A stretch of 64,000 bases of DNA from Vulcanimicrobiota bacterium (GTDB lineage Bacteria; Vulcanimicrobiota; Vulcanimicrobiia; Vulcanimicrobiales; Vulcanimicrobiaceae), in assembly GCA_027459845.1 (NCBI GenBank), contig DAIDGS010000003.1, positions 9,639 through 73,638 on the forward strand, read 5' to 3'. This document shows, piece by piece, positions 1 through 8,426 of the stretch (the stretch's first letter is position 1; the number at the start of each line of letters is the position of its first letter). The notes beneath the pieces were generated by a model that saw nothing but the letters and a program-made list of their open reading frames with translations, searched no databases and was not told the origin of the DNA. A program made the translations under genes and the position numbers.

Positions 1-569
1 GCCAGGCGTGCGAAGTAGGCGACGCGGGCGGCGTCCTCGGCCTGATCGGCAAGCGCGAAGGCGTGCTCCAACGTCGTCGCGACGGCGCTCACGCCGTGAC
101 GTTCCATAAGCACCACGTCGTTGCCGCGGGCGAACTCGGCGCCGCACGCCTCGGCGAGCGCGCGCGAACCGGCTGGGTGATAGGCGACCCATGCAACCGG
201 TCCGAGGCTTTCGCGGGCGCCGACGGTCAGCCGCGGGAAGAGGCCGCCGCTGGTCGACCAGACGGTCGCGTAGGTGGGATGCGCGTGCACGACGGCGCGA
301 ATCTCGGCGCGGGCGCGATAGGCGGCAACGTGCAGCAACACTTCGCTGCTGGCGTGCTGCGCCGAGCGCGGCGTCCCGGCGGGATCGGTACGTACGATGG
401 CTTCGGGGGTGAGCGCGCCGAGCGATGCGCCCGCAGGGGTGACCAGGAGATCGCCGCCGTCCAGGAGCAGGCTGAGGTTGCCGCTGGTGCCGGCCGTCAA
501 CCGGCGCGACCACAGCGCCTGAGCGTAGCGGACCAGTGCGGCGCGCAACTCCGGCTCGGGCGATGCCAC
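1..569 (-). CDS. class II aldolase/adducin-family protein (FucA/AraD/MtnB-like), 3' end cut by window edge
   Basis: Own minus-strand translation; it is not in the ORF track because it runs off the edge. It reads VASPEPELRAALVRYAQALWSRRLTAGTSGNLSLLLDGGDLLVTPAGASL...RAVVHAHPTYATVWSTSGG...DVVLMERHGVSAVATTLEHAFALADQAEDAARVAYFARL. The GTSGNxS, HAHP and ERHG motifs fit a class II aldolase fold. GTG start at 569, divergent from serA. Confidence 0.7.
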   Translation of the reverse strand, partial: MASPEPELRAALVRYAQALWSRRLTAGTSGNLSLLLDGGDLLVTPAGASLGALTPEAIVRTDPAGTPRSAQHASSEVLLHVAAYRARAEIRAVVHAHPTYATVWSTSGGLFPRLTVGARESLGPVAWVAYHPAGSRALAEACGAEFARGNDVVLMERHGVSAVATTLEHAFALADQAEDAARVAYFARL

Positions 570-620
570 GCGGCGCAGTACGACGCAAGGGGCCCTTCGC
601 CCTCGCGCGAACCGCAGCGC

Positions 621-2219
621 ATGAGCGAAGCCGCAACCCACGGAGGAGTCGTCATCGCCGAGCCGTTCGATCGACGCGGCGTCGCGGTGCTGGAAGGCGC
701 CGGATTTGCGGTCATCGACTGCGTCGGTGCCGATCCGGCCCGGCTGCGCGATGCCCTGCAGTCGGCACGCGGCCTGATCGTGCGCTCGGAGACGCGCGTC
801 GACGCCGCGCTCTTGCGCGGTGCGCCCGCGCTCGAAGTCATCGCGCGCGCGGGCGTCGGTGTCGACGCGATCGACGTCGACGCGGCCACCGCCGCCGGCA
901 TCGCGGTGCTCAACACCCCAAGCGCCAACACCATCGCGGCGACCGAACATACCTTCGCGCTGATGCTCGGCGCGATGCGTCACGTCGCGACGGCCCAGGC
1001 GGCCGTACGGACGGGCGCGTGGGAGCGCCGCCCGTTCGTCGGGCGCGAACTCTTCGGCAAGACGCTCGGGATCGTCGGGCTCGGTCGCATCGGCAGCGGC
1101 GTCGCGGCCCGCGCGCAGGCTTTTGGCATGCGCACGATCGCCTACGATCCATTCGTGCCGGCCTCGCGCGCCGGCGCCCTCGCGGTCGAACTGGTCGAGT
1201 TCGAGGCCCTGCTCGAGGCAGCCGAGGTCGTCACGCTGCACGTTCCGCTCACGGCGCAAACGCGCGGCATGCTCGACGCGCGCGCGTTCGCACGGATGCC
1301 GGCCGGCGCCCTGCTCGTCAACGCATCGCGCGGGGCCGTGGTCGATCTCGCGGCGCTGCTCGACGCGCTCGATTCCGGCAGCCTCGCCGCGGCCGCCATC
1401 GACGTCGTTCCCGAAGAGCCTCCGCCGCCGCAGTCGCTCTCGGCACGCGCGCTGGCCCATCCGCGCGTGCTCGCGACGCCCCACTTGGGCGGCTCGACGC
1501 ATGAAGCGTTGGAGCGCATCGCGCTCGAACTCGCCGCCGACGTGGTGCGCGTGCTCGGTGGCCGGCCGGCCTCGGGCGCGGTCAACGCGCCACGCTTCGA
1601 GGGTGCCGAGGCGCAGGTCGCGGGCGGATTTCTTGAGGTCGCCTACCGGATCGGCGCGCTCTTGCCGCAGCTCTTCGACGAAGCGCTCCGTAACGAGATC
1701 GCGTTGGTGTTGCAGGGCGACCTCGCCGACGTCAGTGCCGAACCCTTGCTGGCGGCGCTGCTGGCTGGGGCGCTGCCGTTCGTGAGCGATCGCCGCGTCA
1801 GCGCGGTGAACGCGCGCGCCATCGCCGGCGAACTCGGCGTGCGCACGCGCGTCACGCGCGAAGCGGCGCGGGCCCCGTTTCGCAGCTCGCTGCGCCTCGC
1901 CGCGGGCGCGCACCGGCTGGTTGCGACGGTGCTTCCGAACGGGCCGAGGATCGTCGAGATCGACGAGTTTGAGGTCGACACGGCGCCGGTCGGCGTGCTG
2001 TTGCTCACGCGCCATCGCGACGTCCCTGGAATGGTCGGGCACGTCGGCACGATTTTGGGCAACGTCGGTGCGAATATCTCCTCGATGCACGTGGCGCGCG
2101 ATCCGCGGGGCGGCGATGCGATGATGATCTTGGAGATTGATCGCGACGTCGAGCGCGACGTGCTGGCGCAGGTTGCCGCCGTTTCGGGCGTCGAGAGCGT
2201 ACGGTTGGCGCGCGCGTGA
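621..2219 (+). CDS. serA: D-3-phosphoglycerate dehydrogenase with C-terminal ACT domain
   Basis: Internal ATG at 621 of ORF 63..2219 (MSEAATHGGVVIAEPF...). Has the 2-hydroxyacid dehydrogenase NAD-binding motif GIVGLGRIGSGVA, about 532 aa, and a C-terminal ACT-like regulatory segment. The upstream 186 codons of the track ORF are Arg/Ala/Gly-rich shadow sequence. Confidence 0.9.
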   Translation: MSEAATHGGVVIAEPFDRRGVAVLEGAGFAVIDCVGADPARLRDALQSARGLIVRSETRVDAALLRGAPALEVIARAGVGVDAIDVDAATAAGIAVLNTPSANTIAATEHTFALMLGAMRHVATAQAAVRTGAWERRPFVGRELFGKTLGIVGLGRIGSGVAARAQAFGMRTIAYDPFVPASRAGALAVELVEFEALLEAAEVVTLHVPLTAQTRGMLDARAFARMPAGALLVNASRGAVVDLAALLDALDSGSLAAAAIDVVPEEPPPPQSLSARALAHPRVLATPHLGGSTHEALERIALELAADVVRVLGGRPASGAVNAPRFEGAEAQVAGGFLEVAYRIGALLPQLFDEALRNEIALVLQGDLADVSAEPLLAALLAGALPFVSDRRVSAVNARAIAGELGVRTRVTREAARAPFRSSLRLAAGAHRLVATVLPNGPRIVEIDEFEVDTAPVGVLLLTRHRDVPGMVGHVGTILGNVGANISSMHVARDPRGGDAMMILEIDRDVERDVLAQVAAVSGVESVRLARA

Positions 2220-2845
2220 CGACGGTCGTGGTGGCGCGCCACGGTGAAACGGCGTGGAACCGTGCGGGACGCTACCAGGGCCGGCGCGAGTCGGCGCTCT
2301 CTGATCTTGGCCGGCGTCAAGCGCAGGCACTGGCGCGCGCGCTTGGGACCGAGCCGATCGCGCGGATCGTCTCCAGCCCGCTGCAACGCTGCGTCGCGAC
2401 GGCGCAACCGCTCGCCGAGCAGCGCGGCATTGCGCTGGAAACCGATGCGGACTTGCTCGAGATCGATCACGGCAGTTGGGAAGGGCGTCTGCGCGCCGAA
2501 GTCGCGCGCGACGACGGCGCGCGGCTCGCGGCCTGGGCGGCAGCCCCGGCGAGCGTCCGCTTTCCGGGCGGCGAATCGCTCGCCGAGGTTGCCGCGCGCT
2601 GGGCGGCATTCGCACGCGCACTCGATGCGGATGCAACGGTGGTCGTCGTCACGCACGACGTGGTGGTGCGCGTTGCGCTGCTCGCGGCCACCGGCGGTCC
2701 GCTCGGCGATCTCTGGTCGGTCCCGGCGGTCAACGGCGGGTACGCGCGCTTGGCAGTCGAACGCGGCGTCTGGCGCGTCCTCGCACCGTGCGTCGACGCG
2801 CATCTGGAGGGCTTGCGCGCCGACCTCAGGCGGCAGGCGCTCTGA
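2216..2845 (+). CDS. histidine phosphatase (phosphoglycerate mutase) family protein
   Basis: MTTVVVARHGETAWNRAGRYQGRRESALSDLGRRQA carries the RHGE catalytic motif. The GTG start overlaps the serA stop (GTGA). Confidence 0.8.
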   Translation: MTTVVVARHGETAWNRAGRYQGRRESALSDLGRRQAQALARALGTEPIARIVSSPLQRCVATAQPLAEQRGIALETDADLLEIDHGSWEGRLRAEVARDDGARLAAWAAAPASVRFPGGESLAEVAARWAAFARALDADATVVVVTHDVVVRVALLAATGGPLGDLWSVPAVNGGYARLAVERGVWRVLAPCVDAHLEGLRADLRRQAL

Positions 2846-2875
2846 GGTCGCACCACGGCGAAAGGATGCATCGCG

Positions 2876-3484
2876 GTGAGCTCACTGCTCTTGATCCGTC
2901 ACGGCGTGACGGCGTGGAACGCCGAGGGGCGCTTTCAGGGGCGCACCGACGTGCCGCTCTCGCCGGCGGGGATCGACGCGGCCGAGCGTACCGCCGCGGC
3001 CCTCGCGCACGAGCCGATCGCGCACATCTACTCCAGCGATCTGCGCCGTGCGCGCGCGACCGCAGCGGCAATCGCGGCCCGGACGGGCGCCCCGGTCACC
3101 ACCGACCCGCGCCTGCGCGAGTTTGATTTCGGCGCGTGGGAGGGCCTCACGTGGCCGCAGATCGTGGCGGCGCACCCCGAGTTGGAGGCAGCCGAGGTCA
3201 GCGCGGCGCGACGCTACGCGCCGCCCGGCGGCGAGCGGTTCGACGACGTGCGCCGCCGGGTGCGGAGGTTCGTGGACGATCGCTTGAGCGGCGCATCCGG
3301 GGAAACGCTGGCGATCGTGACGCACGCCGGCGTGCTGCACGCGCTCGCGCACGAACTCGGGGTGGCCGACACGGCGGTGAACTTTCGACCGGCGTCGATT
3401 TCGCGGCTCACGATGGAAGGCGGCGTCGCGCGTGTAACAGAGTGGAGCGATGTTCGACATTTGGGTTCCACCGACCGATCGTGA
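2876..3484 (+). CDS. cobC: histidine phosphatase family protein, probable alpha-ribazole phosphatase
   Basis: MSSLLLIRHGVTAWNAEGRFQGRTDVPLSPAG (RHG motif). It lies directly upstream of, and overlaps, cobT-cobS. The functional call rests on this context. Confidence 0.65.
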   Translation: MSSLLLIRHGVTAWNAEGRFQGRTDVPLSPAGIDAAERTAAALAHEPIAHIYSSDLRRARATAAAIAARTGAPVTTDPRLREFDFGAWEGLTWPQIVAAHPELEAAEVSAARRYAPPGGERFDDVRRRVRRFVDDRLSGASGETLAIVTHAGVLHALAHELGVADTAVNFRPASISRLTMEGGVARVTEWSDVRHLGSTDRS

Positions 3485-4508
3485 GGCCGCCCGGCAGATC
3501 CACGAACGGATCTCGAATCTGACCAAGCCGCTGGGCAGCCTTGGGCGCATCGAGGAACTGGCCGAACGGCTTGCCGCGATCGCCGGCGGCCCGCTTCCCA
3601 GCCCGTACCCACGCCGCGCGATCGTGGTCGGTGCCGGCGACCATGGCGTTACCGCCGAGGGCGTGAGCGCGTATCCGAGCGAGGTGACGGCGCAGATGAT
3701 CAGCGCCTTTCTCGGGGAGTTCGCGGCGATCAACGCGTTCGCGCGCATGGCCCGCGCCGAGGTCTACGTCGCCGACTTCGGCGTGGCCGGCGAGCTGGTC
3801 GCGCATCCCCGCCTGCTCGACGCCAAGGTCGGCCGCGGAACCGGCAACCTCGCCTGCCGGGCCGCGATGTCCGAAAGCGACGTCGACGCCGCGCTGGCCG
3901 CGGGGTTGCGCGTCTATGCCGAGGTCGAAGCGCGCGCACATCCGCAGGTGATCGCACTCGGCGACATGGGCATCGGCAATACGACCTCGGCGGCGGCGTT
4001 GATCTGCGCGTTCACCGGCGAGACGCCCGAGGCGATCGTCGGACGCGGGACGGGTCTCGACGACGACGGCATCCGGCGCAAGATCGCGGTGGTGGAGCGC
4101 GCGTTGCAGCGCGTCGGCGAGGGAGCCGGATGGCGGCGGATCGCGGCCGAACTGGGCGGCTACGAAATCGTCGGGATCGCGGGCGTCCTGCTGGGCGCGG
4201 CCGCCGCGCGAACGCCGATCCTGCTCGACGGGTTCATCGTCGCGGCAGCGGCGTTGCTGGCACGCGCGATCGCGCCGAACGCCATCGAGTACTGCATTGC
4301 CGCCCATCGGTCGCGCGAGAACGGTCATGCGCTCGCGCTACGCGCGCTCGGTCTCTCGCCGCTGCTCGATCTCGACCTGCGCTTGGGCGAGGCCAGCGGT
4401 GCGGCGCTCGCGTTTCCGTTGATCGAGGCGGCGGCGCGGATGGTGTGCGAGATGAAGACCTTTGCCGAAGCCGGCGTCGCCACCGCGCACGAGCCGATCG
4501 AAGCGTGA
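3450..4508 (+). CDS. cobT: nicotinate-nucleotide--dimethylbenzimidazole phosphoribosyltransferase
   Basis: NLTKPLGSLGRIEELA near the N-terminus and the GDMGIGNTTSAAAL motif; 352 aa. Confidence 0.9.
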   Translation: MFDIWVPPTDREAARQIHERISNLTKPLGSLGRIEELAERLAAIAGGPLPSPYPRRAIVVGAGDHGVTAEGVSAYPSEVTAQMISAFLGEFAAINAFARMARAEVYVADFGVAGELVAHPRLLDAKVGRGTGNLACRAAMSESDVDAALAAGLRVYAEVEARAHPQVIALGDMGIGNTTSAAALICAFTGETPEAIVGRGTGLDDDGIRRKIAVVERALQRVGEGAGWRRIAAELGGYEIVGIAGVLLGAAAARTPILLDGFIVAAAALLARAIAPNAIEYCIAAHRSRENGHALALRALGLSPLLDLDLRLGEASGAALAFPLIEAAARMVCEMKTFAEAGVATAHEPIEA

Positions 4509-5239
4509 GCGGCGCGCTTCGCGCGCTCGCAGCCGCCTTCGGATACTTCTCGATTCTGCCGTCACGCGCGCGGTCCGCACCGAATCCGGCGGCCTTTGCG
4601 CTGCTTCCGATCGTCGGCGTCGTGCTGGGCGTCTTGGCGGCGAGCATCGGCCTGCTCGGTGCGCGCGTGCTGCACGGCGAGTGGCGGATCGCGCTGGCGC
4701 TCGTCGCCATGCTGGTGCTGACCGGTGCGCTGCATCTCGACGGCTACCTCGACTGCGCCGACGCGATCTGCGCGAGCGTTCCGCCGGAACGGCGCCGCGC
4801 AATTCTGCGCGATCCGCATCACGGGAGCTATGCGCTGGCGGCGCTCGCGATCCTGATCGTGCTCTGGCTGGTCGCGTTGGCCGGCATCCCACCCGCGCGG
4901 TTCGTCGTCGCGCTGGCGTTCGCGGCCGGTGCGGGACGCATCGCGGTCGTTCCCCTCGCGTGGATCTTCCCGGCCACGACCGCCAGCACCGCCGGCGCAA
5001 TCGCAGGTGCGCCGCCGCCGTTGCTCGCCGCGCTCTCGCTGGCGGTCGTCGTCGCGAGTGGTTGGCTGGTCGCGCCGCTGGTGCCGCTCGCGCTGGTGCC
5101 GCTGGCGGTCGTGGCGCTCGGCGGGGCGGCCGTCGCGCGCCGCCGGCTCGGCGCGGTGAGCGGCGACGTGTACGGTGCGCTGATCTCCATCCTCGAGGTC
5201 GGCGCGCTCGCGCTGGTACCGCTGTTGCTTCGCGGTTAG
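4505..5239 (+). CDS. cobS: adenosylcobinamide-GDP ribazoletransferase (cobalamin synthase)
   Basis: GTG at 4505 overlaps the cobT stop. It begins VSGALRALAAAFGYFSILPS and is a polytopic hydrophobic protein with LHLDGYLDCADA (DG..D motif), about 244 aa. The upstream part of track ORF 4130..5239 overlaps cobT. Confidence 0.8.
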   Translation: MSGALRALAAAFGYFSILPSRARSAPNPAAFALLPIVGVVLGVLAASIGLLGARVLHGEWRIALALVAMLVLTGALHLDGYLDCADAICASVPPERRRAILRDPHHGSYALAALAILIVLWLVALAGIPPARFVVALAFAAGAGRIAVVPLAWIFPATTASTAGAIAGAPPPLLAALSLAVVVASGWLVAPLVPLALVPLAVVALGGAAVARRRLGAVSGDVYGALISILEVGALALVPLLLRG

Positions 5240-5242
5240 CCG

Positions 5243-5263
5243 CCCGGGCGCCGCGCGCCCGGG
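5243..5263. terminator. GC-rich hairpin between convergent cobS and icd (candidate bidirectional terminator)
   Basis: CCCGGGCGC-cgc-GCGCCCGGG is a perfect 9-bp stem with a 3-nt loop. It sits in the 37-nt gap between the two convergent stop codons. There is no long U tract. Confidence 0.5.
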
Positions 5264-5276
5264 TGCGACCGTAGCG

Positions 5277-6731
5277 CTACTCGCCCTGCGCCAGCGAGTA
5301 GCCGCGCTCGCCGTTGAACGTGTAGAGTCCCTCGGTTTTAATGACGTCGAACCCGGCGCGCTCGGCCGCCTCGAGCAGCCGCACGACGTGCGCCGAGGTG
5401 AACAACTCGCCGTCGCCCTCGAAGCGGCACGACCAGTGATCGCTCCAGTAGGTATCGGGATTGCCGTTCGGCCACACTTTGGTTCCGCGGTTACTGATGA
5501 CCGTGAGCTTGGCGCCACGGACGCCGAACTGTTGCATCAAGGCGGCGATCTGGTCCGGGTTGCCGTCGCGGCGATCGATGAAGATGTCGACGCCCACGCG
5601 CACCTTCATCGGCGGTTTTCCGGCCGGCCGGATCGCCAGGTTGAGATGCGCGTTGGCGGCGTACTCGGCGGGCTTAAGCGACTGCGGCCGCTGGCCGAGG
5701 CGCGCAATCACGGCGTCGGCAAACTCGCGCGTGCCGACCTTCTCGCGCGAGACGCCGGCCTTGAAGATGTCGTAGGTATGCACGCCGTCTTCGATCGTCT
5801 TCAGCCAGGCGTTGTGGGCGCGCTCGGCGGCGTCGCCCTGACCGATATGCACCAGCATCAAGAGCGCGCCGTGCAGCAGGCCCGAGGGATTGGCCAAGTT
5901 CTGACCGGCGCGCCGCGGCGCCGAGCCGTGAATCGCCTCGAACATCGAGCAGTGGTCGCCGATGTTGGCCGAGCCGGCCAGACCCACCGAACCGGTGATC
6001 TGCGCGGCGACGTCGGAGAGCACGTCGCCGTAGAGATTCGGCATCACGATGACGTCGAATGCTTCGGGGGTATCCGCCAGCTTGGCCGCACCGATGTCGA
6101 CGATCCAGTGCTCGTGTGCGATCTCCGGATATTCCAGCGCGATCTCTTCGAAGGTGCGATGGAAGAGGCCGTCGGTAATCTTCATGATGTTGTCTTTGGT
6201 GAAGCACGTCACTTTCTTGCGCTTGTTGACGCGCGCGTATTCGAAAGCGTAGCGGATGATGCGCTTGCTGCCCGGCCGCGAAATCAGCTTGAGGCACTGC
6301 GCCACCTGATTGGTTTGCCGATGCTCGATGCCGCCGTAGACGTCTTCCTCGTTCTCGCGCACGATCACGATGTCCATGTTCGGATGTTTGGTGGCAACGT
6401 ACGGATGCAGCGACGCACATGGGCGCACGTTGGCGTACATGCCCAGTGTCTTTCGAACGGTGACGTTGAGGCTCTTGAAGCCGCCGCCTTGCGGGGTGGT
6501 GATCGGCGCTTTGAGGAAAACCTTGGTACGCCGCAGCGAGTCCCAGGACGCCGGTTCGATGCCGTTGCTCAACCCGCGATTGTAGACCGATTCGCCGATT
6601 TCGATCCGTTCGAGGTCGAGTTGCGCGCCGGCTTCGGTGATGATGCGCAGGGTTGCGTCCATGATTTCTGGCCCGATGCCGTCGCCGTAGGCGACGGTGA
6701 TCGGCGTCTTGGTCGTTGGCGGGGGAGTCAC
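5277..6731 (-). CDS. icd: NADP-dependent isocitrate dehydrogenase (about 480-aa type with C-terminal extension)
   Basis: ITVAYGDGIGPEIMDATLRI...KAPITTPQGGGFKSLNVTVRKTLGMYANVRPC places it in the isocitrate/isopropylmalate dehydrogenase family. I prefer GTG at 6731, which is preceded by AAGGAG about 10 nt upstream. The track start and the ATG at 6791 would both overlap the upstream SBP gene. Confidence 0.85.
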   Translation of the reverse strand: MTPPPTTKTPITVAYGDGIGPEIMDATLRIITEAGAQLDLERIEIGESVYNRGLSNGIEPASWDSLRRTKVFLKAPITTPQGGGFKSLNVTVRKTLGMYANVRPCASLHPYVATKHPNMDIVIVRENEEDVYGGIEHRQTNQVAQCLKLISRPGSKRIIRYAFEYARVNKRKKVTCFTKDNIMKITDGLFHRTFEEIALEYPEIAHEHWIVDIGAAKLADTPEAFDVIVMPNLYGDVLSDVAAQITGSVGLAGSANIGDHCSMFEAIHGSAPRRAGQNLANPSGLLHGALLMLVHIGQGDAAERAHNAWLKTIEDGVHTYDIFKAGVSREKVGTREFADAVIARLGQRPQSLKPAEYAANAHLNLAIRPAGKPPMKVRVGVDIFIDRRDGNPDQIAALMQQFGVRGAKLTVISNRGTKVWPNGNPDTYWSDHWSCRFEGDGELFTSAHVVRLLEAAERAGFDVIKTEGLYTFNGERGYSLAQGE

Positions 6732-6768
6732 GGTGGTGCGGTCTCCTTTGTGCGAATGCTTGGCGAGC

Positions 6769-8388
6769 TTAGAGCGACCAGTCTTGGGCATTCCAGCCCT
6801 CGCTGATCCCGTTGGGGGTAAAGTGCTTGAGCGCGGCGACCTTTGCATAGCGCAGGCGCTGATAGTACACGAACGCCATCGGCGCATCGCGCAGCAAAAG
6901 CCGTTCGATGCGGTGATAGAGCACCGCGCGTTTGGCGCGATCGAAGGTGCTCAGCGCGCGGCGTTGGAGTGCATCCATTTGGGCCGAACAGTATCGCGTG
7001 ATGTTGTTGCCGTTGGGCGGGCGCTCCGAGCAGAGCCACTGCGACGAGTTGTCGGGATCGCCGCCGGAAACCCATGCGTAGACGGCGATGTCGAACTTGC
7101 CGCCGTTGAGAATGCCGCCGCTCTGGGCATCGGCGTAGTAGAGCGCATAGTCGTAGCTCTTGAGCTGGAGCGAGACCCCGAGCGCGCGGTACATTTGCTG
7201 GGCCTGCTCGGCCAGCGCCCGGCTGAGTTGGCTGCCCTGCCCGTAGGCAAGCTGAAGCGCGAGTTGGCGGCCGTCCTTGGTGCGGATGCCGTCCGGGCCG
7301 ACCTTCCAGCCGTCGGCGTCGAGCATCGCCTTGGCCCGCGCGAGGTCGTACGGCACCGGTCGTAAGCGCGCGTCGTAGGCCCAGTAAAACGGCGAGAGAT
7401 CGGCGACTGCCGGCGTCGCGGTACCGTGGCTGAGGTCGCGCGTGATCAACGCACGGTTCAAACCGAGAACCAGTGCCCGGCGCACGCGAACGTCGTCGAG
7501 CGGCGCTCGCGCAGTGTTGAACGCAAGCGCCGTGTAGACCGGCGTATCGACCAACTGACCGACGATACCGGGCGCCCGGCTGAGGTTGGCGTAGGCCGGC
7601 GCATCGATTTCGATCGCCAGATCGACGTCGTGCGCGAGCATCTGGGCCTGGACGGTGTTGTCGTCGGGAATGATCAGCAGCGTGAGCGTCTGGAGCTTCG
7701 GGACTCCGCGGAAGTAGTGCGGGTTGGCGCGTAGGATGATGCGGTCGCCGCGCATCCAGCGTACGAACGTGAACGGACCGGTCCCCACCGGATTTGCGTC
7801 GAACGGAATGTGGTTGAGGTTGGGATACCGTGCCAGCAGATGCGCCGGCAGGATGCGGTAGGGTGAATCGCTCTCGCCGAAAATGGTATCGACGGCCGGG
7901 GCAAACCGGCGCTTCATGTGCAACACGACCGTGTACGGATCGGGCGTGTCGATCGAGGCGATCTCGTCGTACCCGTGACGCGTGACGACGTTGTTGGCGG
8001 GATTCATGATCGCTTGCCAGGTGAACTTCACGTCGCGGCTGGTGAACGGCGCGCCATCCGACCAGGTGACGCCGTGTCGCAGGTGATAGGTGATGGTCAG
8101 GCCGTTGCGGCTGATCCCGCCGTTGGCACGGGTCGGGACGACCGCCGCCAAGTCGGGCACTTCCTGATGTTTGGCGTTCAGGGTGACGAGTTCGTCGAAC
8201 ATCAGGCCGTCGATGAAGCTCTCGATGGTGTTCTGTTTCAGGATCGGATTGAGCTGCGTCGGCGTGATGTTCACGGCGATGCGAAGGTTATGGGTGTCGA
8301 CGACGGCGGCGGTCCCGCCCTTGCTACAGGCGCTCGCGCACAGCAACAGGAGAACGCTTGCAATCACGGCTGCGCCGCAGCGGATCAT
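6769..8388 (-). CDS. ABC transporter substrate-binding lipoprotein, family 5 (peptide/nickel type)
   Basis: ATG at 8388 is preceded by GGAGG. The signal peptide plus lipobox is MIRCGAAVIASVLLLLCASAC. Family-5 SBP-like body (LRIAVNITPTQLNPIL...YHLRHGVTWSDGAPFTSRDVKFTW). The upstream 206 codons of the track ORF are shadow sequence. Confidence 0.85.
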   Translation of the reverse strand: MIRCGAAVIASVLLLLCASACSKGGTAAVVDTHNLRIAVNITPTQLNPILKQNTIESFIDGLMFDELVTLNAKHQEVPDLAAVVPTRANGGISRNGLTITYHLRHGVTWSDGAPFTSRDVKFTWQAIMNPANNVVTRHGYDEIASIDTPDPYTVVLHMKRRFAPAVDTIFGESDSPYRILPAHLLARYPNLNHIPFDANPVGTGPFTFVRWMRGDRIILRANPHYFRGVPKLQTLTLLIIPDDNTVQAQMLAHDVDLAIEIDAPAYANLSRAPGIVGQLVDTPVYTALAFNTARAPLDDVRVRRALVLGLNRALITRDLSHGTATPAVADLSPFYWAYDARLRPVPYDLARAKAMLDADGWKVGPDGIRTKDGRQLALQLAYGQGSQLSRALAEQAQQMYRALGVSLQLKSYDYALYYADAQSGGILNGGKFDIAVYAWVSGGDPDNSSQWLCSERPPNGNNITRYCSAQMDALQRRALSTFDRAKRAVLYHRIERLLLRDAPMAFVYYQRLRYAKVAALKHFTPNGISEGWNAQDWSL

Positions 8389-8426
8389 CGGGGAGACCTC
8401 CAGTTCGTCGGAAAGGGAAGGAGACG

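Noticed and set aside
63-620. N-terminal 186-codon extension of the serA ORF; similar long 5' extensions occur in track ORFs 6769..9006, 9700..12054, 11849..13834, 12137..13951, 40479..41876, 42447..43622, 48523..50286 and 50126..52387
   Set aside because: The extensions overlap neighbouring real genes, are compositionally Arg/Ala/Pro-rich, and precede internal starts that have Shine-Dalgarno-like sequences and homologue-like N-termini. They are artefacts of longest-ORF calling.
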